A stretch of DNA of 64,000 bases from an uncultured Clostridia bacterium. GTDB lineage: Bacteria; Bacillota; Dehalobacteriia; UBA4068. The notes beneath the pieces are model-generated. The model was not told where the DNA came from, ran no database searches, and saw only the letters and a program-made list of their open reading frames with translations. Positions 57,061 to 64,000 of this stretch are shown here, piece by piece; within the stretch, counting starts at the first letter, position 1; each line of letters begins with the position of its first letter. The stretch is taken from positions 431-64,430 of the forward strand of contig CALXRV010000058.1 of NCBI GenBank assembly GCA_944390945.1, in the 5' to 3' direction. A program made the position numbers and the translations under genes.

Positions 57061-57629
57061 AAAGAACCTCCCGTCAGGAAAAGCCGGCCCGCCCGCCAGT
57101 CGGCAGCAAGATAATGTCCATTATCCAAATGCGCCTGGTAAAACTCGATCCTTGGTTCTGCAAACCGCTCCAAGATCGCCATGATACAGCCGCCATGAAT
57201 GATGAAGCCTATGCGATCGCCCGGGGGTGCTGCTGTCAGTATGTGAACAAATGCCTGCGTACAGCGTTGTTTGAATGTATCAACCGCTTCGCCACCAGGC
57301 AGCGGCGTCAGGCAGCCCGCAGCCAGCCAGCTGTGGTAATCCGCATCCCCTGCCAGTTCATCAGCCGTTTTTCCTTCAAATTTACCAAAATCGCATTCGC
57401 GCAGATCATCGACGAGGCAGACGTTATGCCCTGGATAAAGCAATGCCGCCGTCTGCCGGCAGCGCAGCAAAGGGCTGCAGAATAGATGGTCGCAAGGCGG
57501 CAAATCATCTGCCAAACGGCGCAGCTGTGCCTCGCCCGCCGCGCAAAGCGGCTGGTCGGTACGCCCAATATAACGCTTCTTCAGATTCCCCGCCGTCGCG
57601 CCATGGCGGATCAGCAGAACAGGATTCAT
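57054..57629 (-). CDS. cobC: histidine phosphatase family protein, alpha-ribazole phosphatase
   Basis: Trimmed to MNPVLLIRHGATAGN (RHG motif), with ATGA overlap with cobS. The role is inferred from operon context. Confidence 0.75.
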   Translation of the reverse strand: MNPVLLIRHGATAGNLKKRYIGRTDQPLCAAGEAQLRRLADDLPPCDHLFCSPLLRCRQTAALLYPGHNVCLVDDLRECDFGKFEGKTADELAGDADYHSWLAAGCLTPLPGGEAVDTFKQRCTQAFVHILTAAPPGDRIGFIIHGGCIMAILERFAEPRIEFYQAHLDNGHYLAADWRAGRLFLTGGSLC

Positions 57630-58396
57630 AGCCTTCCCTCCAGCCAAAAGGCAGCCAACAAACAAAGCTCACAGCTTTGGATAAAGAAACCGCTGGTATC
57701 CCCAGTCACCCCGCCAAACTGCCGCCGCGCCATGCAGCGATAGCCAAAACAGCATGCTGCGGCGGCTATTGCCACGATCAAAACAAGCATCCAGCCACAA
57801 GGCAGCATCGCCGCCAGGCAGATCAGCGCAGTCAACAGCATGATGCCGGCAGCGCGGCGATCATATACGCCCCGGCTGAGCGCATGCAGCATCCCGCCCG
57901 GCCTTGCGGACGGCATACTGAATACGCAAAATGCACAAAGCGCGCGTGCAAGCGGAAACCCCAAGCCAACCACCCAAAGACGGGTATCCGCTGCCAACGC
58001 CGTATAGAAACTGCAGCTGAGCAAAAGATAGCCCGTACAACCGATCACAGCAAAAGAACCGGCATGTGGATCTTTCATGATTGCCAGTTTTCGCTCGCGC
58101 GGTTGGCGCGAGCCGAGCGCATCCAGCGTATCCATAAAACCATCCATATGGATACCACCGGTCACCAGCAAGGGCAGCAAGGCGGCGCCTGCACCAAAAA
58201 GCAGGGTTCCCGCCTGTAGCAGCCAGCATAAACGCTGCCAAAGCAGCAGCATCAGGGCAGGCAACACGCCGACGAGCGGCAGACAGGCCAGCACAACATG
58301 CATACGCGGCTGCGACTCAGCCTGCCAGGCGACTCGCGGCGCCGGGCAGATACTATATGTGCTGATCGCCAGCCATAGCGGATCCAATCTGTGCAT
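57626..58396 (-). CDS. cobS: adenosylcobinamide-GDP ribazoletransferase (cobalamin synthase)
   Basis: Trimmed to MHRLDPLWLAISTYSICP, with AAAGGAGAGG upstream. Polytopic, with the DGFMDTLDA motif. Confidence 0.85.
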   Translation of the reverse strand: MHRLDPLWLAISTYSICPAPRVAWQAESQPRMHVVLACLPLVGVLPALMLLLWQRLCWLLQAGTLLFGAGAALLPLLVTGGIHMDGFMDTLDALGSRQPRERKLAIMKDPHAGSFAVIGCTGYLLLSCSFYTALAADTRLWVVGLGFPLARALCAFCVFSMPSARPGGMLHALSRGVYDRRAAGIMLLTALICLAAMLPCGWMLVLIVAIAAAACCFGYRCMARRQFGGVTGDTSGFFIQSCELCLLAAFWLEGRL

Positions 58397-58898
58397 ATGC
58401 CTCTCCTTTCCGGTAAAACGGAACACCATCCTGCATCTCGACCACGCTTTCCGCCAAACAGGCAAGCTCCCCGTTCAGCCAGGCGAGCGATGCTAAATAG
58501 TGCTTTGTCTCCGCATCATAATCGCCAGCCGCAAAGCAGCTGATCGTCACGGCAACCACTACAGCTGTCCGCGCACAAAGCGCACGGATATCCGCGAGTA
58601 CATCTGCAGCTGCCATCCCCTGTTCAAACATCGCATTTGCCAGTAAATTGGAAACATCCTCCAGCAAAACAACGGCCTGCGGCGGCGGTTGCGCAGCCTG
58701 CAAACTGCAGGGCAACTCCATGGTAATAAAGCCCAGCCCCTCGCGTTGCGCGCGATGTCGCTGCACCCGCGCCGCACCCGCCGCACCGAAAGGCCGCATC
58801 GTTGCCAGATAATATCGCTGCGGCGAAAAAGCCGCGGCAAGCCGTTCGGCATAAAAGCTTTTGCCACTGCCATTAGCACCCTGGACCAAAATCAGCAT
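58353..58898 (-). CDS. cobU: bifunctional adenosylcobinamide kinase / adenosylcobinamide-phosphate guanylyltransferase
   Basis: MLILVQGANGSGKSFYAERLA (P-loop), ~180 aa, in operon context. Confidence 0.85.
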   Translation of the reverse strand: MLILVQGANGSGKSFYAERLAAAFSPQRYYLATMRPFGAAGAARVQRHRAQREGLGFITMELPCSLQAAQPPPQAVVLLEDVSNLLANAMFEQGMAAADVLADIRALCARTAVVVAVTISCFAAGDYDAETKHYLASLAWLNGELACLAESVVEMQDGVPFYRKGEAYAQIGSAMAGDQHI

Positions 58899-59977
58899 GA
58901 AAACCTCTCATACTGCGCCACTGCGATATCCGCAAAAGTCGCAGCCTGATGATAAACAGCAGCCGCCTGATCAAGCAGCGGAAAGAGCGCGACCGCACCC
59001 GTTCCTTCACCCAGTCGCATCGCGGCATGTAAAATTGGGGCAAAGCCCAGTTCCCGGCAGAGCAAACCGGCAGCAGGTTCCGCGCCCAGATGCGAAGGTA
59101 GGATATAATCACGCGTAGCGGGCTGCAGCCGTACTGCGCAAAGCGCGGCGACAGCGGAGATAACGCCGTCCATCACCACCGGCAGTCCGGCAGCAGCCGC
59201 ACCGAGAAAAGCACCGGTCATCGCCGCGATATCCAGACCGCCTAATTTGCTCAACACATCCAGCGGATCCGAAGCATCCGGTCTGTTCACCGCGATCGCA
59301 CCGCGGATCACTTCCTGCTTACGCCGCAGCCCTTCATCGCTCAACCCGGCGCCACGGCCGGTCACCGCTTCCACGGATTGTTCCAACAGTACCGCAGCCA
59401 TCGCTGCAGCCGTTGTCGTATTGCCGATGCCCGCTTCCCCTGTAGCCAGCAGGCAATAGCCTTCTTCCCGCCTTGCCGCAGCCATCGCTGCACCCAATTC
59501 AATGGCGGCGATCGCTGTTTCCCGCGACATCGCCGCTCCATGCAGGATATTCTCTGTACCGCAGCTGAACTTGTGGGCAGCCAGGCCGGGGACGGTCTCG
59601 CGCATGCCGACGTCAACCGGGAACACCTGCGCGCCAGCGGTACGTGCCATCACGCAGACACTGGAACGCCCGGCAGCCATCATTCGGGCGATCGCCGTCG
59701 TCACCTCAGGGCCACACTGGGTTACGCCTTCTTCAACCACGCCATTATCCGCACAAAAAACAAGCAGCGCTTTGCGCGAGACATCCGGCAGAACATCATG
59801 CTGCGCAGCGGCCACCCTTGCTAGCAACGGCTCCAGTTCACCAAGGCCGCCGAGCGGCTTTGCCACGCGGTCAAACCGGGCCAGGCAGGCGGCATAAATA
59901 TCCGCATCAGCCGGCCTAATCTCTTTCTGCAGTACGGCCAGCGGTTTCCAATATGGGACCTGCTGATTCTGTTTCAT
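58892..59977 (-). CDS. cobT: nicotinate-nucleotide--dimethylbenzimidazole phosphoribosyltransferase
   Basis: Contains KPLGGLGELE..., GEAGIGNTTTAAA and GEGTGA. AAGGAAGG lies upstream of ATG 59977. Confidence 0.9.
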   Translation of the reverse strand: MKQNQQVPYWKPLAVLQKEIRPADADIYAACLARFDRVAKPLGGLGELEPLLARVAAAQHDVLPDVSRKALLVFCADNGVVEEGVTQCGPEVTTAIARMMAAGRSSVCVMARTAGAQVFPVDVGMRETVPGLAAHKFSCGTENILHGAAMSRETAIAAIELGAAMAAARREEGYCLLATGEAGIGNTTTAAAMAAVLLEQSVEAVTGRGAGLSDEGLRRKQEVIRGAIAVNRPDASDPLDVLSKLGGLDIAAMTGAFLGAAAAGLPVVMDGVISAVAALCAVRLQPATRDYILPSHLGAEPAAGLLCRELGFAPILHAAMRLGEGTGAVALFPLLDQAAAVYHQAATFADIAVAQYERFSC

Positions 59978-61295
59978 ATCGCAATACCTTCCTTACAAAA
60001 TTCTCCGCAAAGTGCGGGGCTGCTTCCCAATAAAGATGCGGAAAACCCGCATATAATGTCTTTGTGCTGTGCACACAATCCCAACCCTGCAGGCGCAGCG
60101 GCTTTTGTGCATGAAATCCGGCACCAGGATCGCTGCTTTCATAATAATGGAATTCATGCGTGCGGATGCGCTCGCCTGCAGCGCAAAGAAGATTATCCTC
60201 CTGCGCCCGCAGCTCGACATAACCGAAATGCCGCAATTTGCCGCCACGCCACGCCTCAGCAGCGATCACGCCCGCTAAAGGGATGCCGTCCAGTTTCTGG
60301 TGCAGATAGAGAAATCCGCCGCATTCCGCAACCGTCGGCATGCCGCTGTTGATCGCCTCCCGCACAGCATGCAACATGGTGCTGTTTTGCGCCAGCGCGG
60401 GCAGATGCAATTCCGGATAGCCTCCGCACAGATAAAGCCCGGCACATCCCGAGGGCAGGCAGCGGTCATGCAGCGGGCTGAAAAAGCAAAGCTCACAGCC
60501 AAGCGCCTGCAGCAAGGACAAGTTTTCCGCATAGCGGAAACAGAACGCTTCGTCGTTAGCAACGGCGATCCGCGCCCGTCCCAGCGGCTGCCGTTGCAGC
60601 GGTTGTTCCGCTATCGGCGGCGCTTGTGCCGCCAATGCCAACAAGCCATCAAGGTCGATATGACGCTCAGCCAATTCACCGAGCAATGCTAGTTTTTGCG
60701 GTAAATTTTCGGTTTCCGCTGCCGTGACCAGGCCGAGATGCCGGCTGGCAAAGCCTGCTGGCGCAGTCGGCGGCAAAAAACCGAGCGGCAAAAATCCAGC
60801 CCGAAGTGCCAGCTGACGCAATCCTTCGTAAAGCGAGTCGGAAGCACGGTTGAAGATCACCCCGCATAAAAAGCTATCCTGCCGATAGGCGGCAAACCCC
60901 TGCAACAACGCACCGGCGGAAGCATACATGCCGCGGGCATCAACGACCAGCACGACCGGCGTAGCGGTCGCCGCCGCAACATCATAAGCGCTGTAACAGC
61001 CGCTGGCACCCACGCCGTCATAATAGCCCATCGCTCCCTCGAGCAGGGAGATACCTCTACCATATGTCGCAAGCAGCTGTCGCAGCTGCCGCGGCGTACA
61101 GAAATAAGGATCGAGATTGCAGGCGGCAACGCCAATCGCCTGCCGATGGAACATCGGATCAATATAATCCGGCCCGCATTTGAAGGAGGAAAGCGCCAAC
61201 CCTCTTGTTTTCAGCGCAGCCAGCAGGCTGCAGATAACAGTCGTTTTGCCGCAGCCGGAATGCGTCCCGGCAATCATCACCCTGCCCTTATTCAT
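59916..61295 (-). CDS. cbiA: cobyrinate a,c-diamide synthase
   Basis: Trimmed to MNKGRVMIAGTHSGCGKTT (P-loop). The C-terminal glutamine amidotransferase part has AECGGFLYL. Confidence 0.9.
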   Translation of the reverse strand: MNKGRVMIAGTHSGCGKTTVICSLLAALKTRGLALSSFKCGPDYIDPMFHRQAIGVAACNLDPYFCTPRQLRQLLATYGRGISLLEGAMGYYDGVGASGCYSAYDVAAATATPVVLVVDARGMYASAGALLQGFAAYRQDSFLCGVIFNRASDSLYEGLRQLALRAGFLPLGFLPPTAPAGFASRHLGLVTAAETENLPQKLALLGELAERHIDLDGLLALAAQAPPIAEQPLQRQPLGRARIAVANDEAFCFRYAENLSLLQALGCELCFFSPLHDRCLPSGCAGLYLCGGYPELHLPALAQNSTMLHAVREAINSGMPTVAECGGFLYLHQKLDGIPLAGVIAAEAWRGGKLRHFGYVELRAQEDNLLCAAGERIRTHEFHYYESSDPGAGFHAQKPLRLQGWDCVHSTKTLYAGFPHLYWEAAPHFAENFVRKVLRYETESAGPILETAGRTAERD

Positions 61296-62481
61296 CGCCG
61301 CCTCCGCTGAGGATGAATACCGGCGAGAGCGGGCGCAGCATATGCAAGCTGCCCGCCGCTTCGGCACGCGCTACGCTGATCTGCACGATCTCTGCCACGA
61401 TCCCCTGTTCCGCAAAGGCCGCCTGCGCCGCAGTCAGGGTTTCCAGCGTCACCGCGGTCACCACCAAGCGCAGCCTTGGCTGCCTGCTGCGCAGGAGGGA
61501 GAAAATTGCCGGCAAGGTGCCACTGCTGCCACCGATAAACGCTGCATCCAGCGGCGGCAGATCTGCCAAGGCAACCGGCGCGCTACCCAACACCGCCTCC
61601 ACATTGCCGAGATGAAAGGCGCGACAATTCGCCTCGACCAGACGGATCGCCTCCGGATCCTGATCTACAGCATAAACATGTCCGGCATAGGCAGCCAGCG
61701 CCATCTCCACCGTCACCGCGCCACTGCCCGCACCGATATCCGCACAAATCGCTTGCGGTGCAAGCGCCAATTTGCTCATCACCACCGCGCGGATCTCTGC
61801 CTTGGTCATTGGGACATGACTGCGCTGGAAAGCACTGTCCGTGATACCCACCCTGGTACGCGAATCAAAATCAGGGTTTTCCACCACAAAAACCGCCTGC
61901 CCGCCGCCCCCGCTGGCAGCCAGCGCCGCTGCGGTTGTCACAAGGATGCGCTCTCCTGGCCGGCCTAGCTCTTCCCCCAGCCAGACTTGCAGTCCGCCGA
62001 AGCCGGCAGCAGCCAGAGCAGCGCCCTCAACAGCCAGATTCCCGCTCAACACAAAAGTCAGGCGATTGCGGCGTACCGTATCCACCAAATTCCCCTGCCG
62101 GCCATGCCGGCTGATCAGCGCTACCTCCTGCCAAGGGCGGCATAAGCGGGAAAACAGATAACTCAACGAAGAGATACCCGGCAAAACACGCAGCGTATAA
62201 CGCATATCGTCAGCCAAAGCAGCGCTGATCCCCGCTGCTGCACTGAAAAAACCGCTGTCACCGGAAACAAGCACGGCAAAGCGAGTGGCCGGACATTCCT
62301 CGATCGCTGCCGCCACCGCCTGCGGCGTATAACCGCTTTGCCACGGCTTATCGGCAGGGGCAAACTGCGCAAGCACGCTTCCGGCGCCCAGCCACAGATC
62401 CGCCTGCGCCAGCGCGCATGCGGCTTCTGCAGTCAGCGTATCCGCGCCCATTCCTACGCCGATGATATCGACATATTTCAT
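61288..62481 (-). CDS. cbiET: precorrin-6Y C5,15-methyltransferase (decarboxylating), fused CbiE/CbiT
   Basis: 397 aa. An N-terminal tetrapyrrole-methylase fold (IIGVGMG...) and a C-terminal class I SAM-MTase part (ADIGAGSGAVTVE). Confidence 0.85.
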   Translation of the reverse strand: MKYVDIIGVGMGADTLTAEAACALAQADLWLGAGSVLAQFAPADKPWQSGYTPQAVAAAIEECPATRFAVLVSGDSGFFSAAAGISAALADDMRYTLRVLPGISSLSYLFSRLCRPWQEVALISRHGRQGNLVDTVRRNRLTFVLSGNLAVEGAALAAAGFGGLQVWLGEELGRPGERILVTTAAALAASGGGGQAVFVVENPDFDSRTRVGITDSAFQRSHVPMTKAEIRAVVMSKLALAPQAICADIGAGSGAVTVEMALAAYAGHVYAVDQDPEAIRLVEANCRAFHLGNVEAVLGSAPVALADLPPLDAAFIGGSSGTLPAIFSLLRSRQPRLRLVVTAVTLETLTAAQAAFAEQGIVAEIVQISVARAEAAGSLHMLRPLSPVFILSGGGDE

Positions 62482-63269
62482 CTTTCCCGCTCCTTTTTCC
62501 CTTCTGCCTCAGCTGCATATGGTAGCCTGTTACAGATCATCTTCATGATCTCATGTAAAAGATATCCCTCCTGCTCCGCAGGTCTGGAAAGCACTGCCAC
62601 ACGCATGGCGCAAGCCTTTGCCGCCGCCAACTTTTCGCCATAACCGCCGGCAACGCCGGAATCCTTAGTCAGCAGGATCGTCGCATGCGCAGCGCGGAAC
62701 ATGGCAAGATTGAGCGCTTCAGAAAACGGCCCCTGCATACAGATGATCTGCTTGGCCGCGAATCCAGCTGCCAGACAAGCGGCCAGCCCGGCTGGATCCG
62801 GCAGGATACGCAGCCAAATGCGTGCCGCATAGTCCGGCACCGCAGTCAAAGCAGCCGCTTCTTTTGCACCCAGCGTGGAAAAGATGACGCCCGTTTGCTG
62901 CCCAAGCCATTCTGTCAACGCCGTCAGATCCGGAAAGCGGCGGCAGTCGCTACCAGCCTGCTGCTCACGCCGCAGCCGCAGACAGGAAAGTCCCAAACAG
63001 CGACATGCGCTATGGATATTGCTGCTGGCTGCCGCAGCATATGGATGCGTGGCATCGATCACCAGCCGCGGCTGCTCCTGCTCCAGCAGATTGCGGATCG
63101 CTGCCGCATCCAAGCTACCGCAATGTACGCGCACGGTATCCAACGCTGGCAGCAAGGCCGCGCCATATGCCGTGGCCACGCAAAGCAGGGCTTCCACTTG
63201 ACGCGCAGCCAGGAACTCCGCCAACTGCCTGCCTTCCGCCGTGCCGCCGAATAAAACGATCTCAGTCAA
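62478..63269 (-). CDS. cbiJ: precorrin-6A / cobalt-precorrin-6A reductase
   Basis: 263 aa. Contains ...LFGGTAEGRQLAEFL...IDATHPYAAAAS...LTKDSG. Confidence 0.85.
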   Translation of the reverse strand: MTEIVLFGGTAEGRQLAEFLAARQVEALLCVATAYGAALLPALDTVRVHCGSLDAAAIRNLLEQEQPRLVIDATHPYAAAASSNIHSACRCLGLSCLRLRREQQAGSDCRRFPDLTALTEWLGQQTGVIFSTLGAKEAAALTAVPDYAARIWLRILPDPAGLAACLAAGFAAKQIICMQGPFSEALNLAMFRAAHATILLTKDSGVAGGYGEKLAAAKACAMRVAVLSRPAEQEGYLLHEIMKMICNRLPYAAEAEGKKERER

Positions 63270-63993
63270 GATGATACCCCCGCGGCGTCACCATTTTGCC
63301 GCTGATCTCTTTTGTCTCCGCATTGCCGATAAAAACCGTTGTGAACATATCTGCCTCCGCATCAGCCAGCTGCGCAAGCGTCAGCAGTGATGCCGACTGC
63401 CCTTCTCTACCGATACAGCGTGCCAGGCCGCACAACGTATCCGGCGCTTTATGTTGAAGCAAAATCTCTGTCGCCCGGCGTAGATGGTCCCGCCGCTGTT
63501 GGCTGGCCGGATTATACAATGCCAAACAGAAATCCGCTGCCGCTGCATGGTTCAGCCTTTTTTCGATCAGCGGCCATGGCGTGAGCAGATCGGAAAGGCT
63601 AATCACCGCGAAATCATTAGTCAGCGGTGCGCCGAGCAACGCCGCACCGGCCATAGCCGCCGTCACGCCGGGGACAACCTCGATCTCTAGCGGCGGATAT
63701 TGTGGGGAAAGCTCATAAACCAGACCCGCCATCCCATAAACACCTGCATCGCCGCTGCAGATGAGTGCGGTCGTCTCGCCGGCGGCAGCCAGCGCCAGCG
63801 CTTTATGGCAGCGCGCCTCCTCCTGGCGCATCCCTGTCGTCAGCAGCTTTTTCTGCGGGAAAAGCGAAGCGACCAGCTCGATATATTTCGTATAGCCAAT
63901 CAGGGTATCTGCCGCGCATAAAGCTGTGCGACAGGCAATCGTCATCTGCGCCGCATCTCCTGGCCCGATCCCCACCACATACAAACGCTTCAT
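63262..63993 (-). CDS. cbiH: precorrin-3B / cobalt-factor III C17-methyltransferase
   Basis: MKRLYVVGIGPGDAAQMT...ALICSGDAGVYGMAG is the tetrapyrrole methylase signature. The operon continues beyond the window. Confidence 0.85.
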   Translation of the reverse strand: MKRLYVVGIGPGDAAQMTIACRTALCAADTLIGYTKYIELVASLFPQKKLLTTGMRQEEARCHKALALAAAGETTALICSGDAGVYGMAGLVYELSPQYPPLEIEVVPGVTAAMAGAALLGAPLTNDFAVISLSDLLTPWPLIEKRLNHAAAADFCLALYNPASQQRRDHLRRATEILLQHKAPDTLCGLARCIGREGQSASLLTLAQLADAEADMFTTVFIGNAETKEISGKMVTPRGYHLD

Positions 63994-64000
63994 TTCCGTT

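Noticed and set aside
63994-64000. Cobalamin riboswitch for the cbi operon
   Set aside because: The operon continues upstream, beyond the right edge of the window, and no B12-box (e.g. AGYCMGgAGaCCkGCc-like) was seen inside the window. It cannot be assessed here.

Overview
GC-rich chromosomal segment with Firmicutes/Clostridia-type gene content: Asp23-YloV-RecG, nrdD-nrdG, PPDK, GTP-PEPCK, glyQS and an anaerobic-type cbi/cob operon. TTGACA/TATAAT promoters and AGGAGG ribosome-binding sites are consistent with that, but the taxon is inference only. About 50 protein genes, 3 solo tRNA genes and 1 TPP riboswitch can be supported; nearly everything from 18.9 kb to the right edge is on the minus strand. 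Content from left to right: a flavodoxin-like gene fragment, a GNAT, tRNA-Glu, a 1,444-aa BcrAD/BadFG-ATPase + HgdB-like fusion, a GH25 muramidase, a split ChrA pair, a Cys/Pro-rich tandem-repeat protein, tRNA-Gly and tRNA-Arg. Then a secreted Big_2 protein, gltX, asp23-yloV-recG, the nrdD/nrdG module with NrdR boxes, a DUF362 gene, an ECF sigma/anti-sigma (PepSY) pair, ppdK, glyQS and an aldo-keto reductase. Next comes a LysR-divergent operon (RidA, M20, DUF4392, M20, DppB, DppC, truncated binding protein), then ktrBA, mtaB, prmA, a DMT transporter, pck and a TPP-riboswitch-controlled ThiXYZ-like ABC importer. The window ends with the distal half of a cobalamin operon (cbiH-J-ET-A, cobT-U-S-C, cbiB, cobD, cbiP, cbiC plus two unusual terminal genes) that continues past 64000. 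I see no CRISPR array, transposase, integrase, prophage or recognisable defence island, so this looks like core chromosome. The oddities most worth a second look are: (1) nrdD in two pieces, with the glycyl-radical C-terminus in its own 53-codon ORF behind a 218-nt partial duplication; (2) a (CRPEPP)8 cysteine-rich protein; (3) an ApgM-like metalloenzyme plus a Cys-rich mini-protein closing the B12 operon; (4) the RidA/M20/DUF4392 operon, whose transport module appears broken. All calls come from reading the ORF translations and the DNA by eye; no database search or folding was run.
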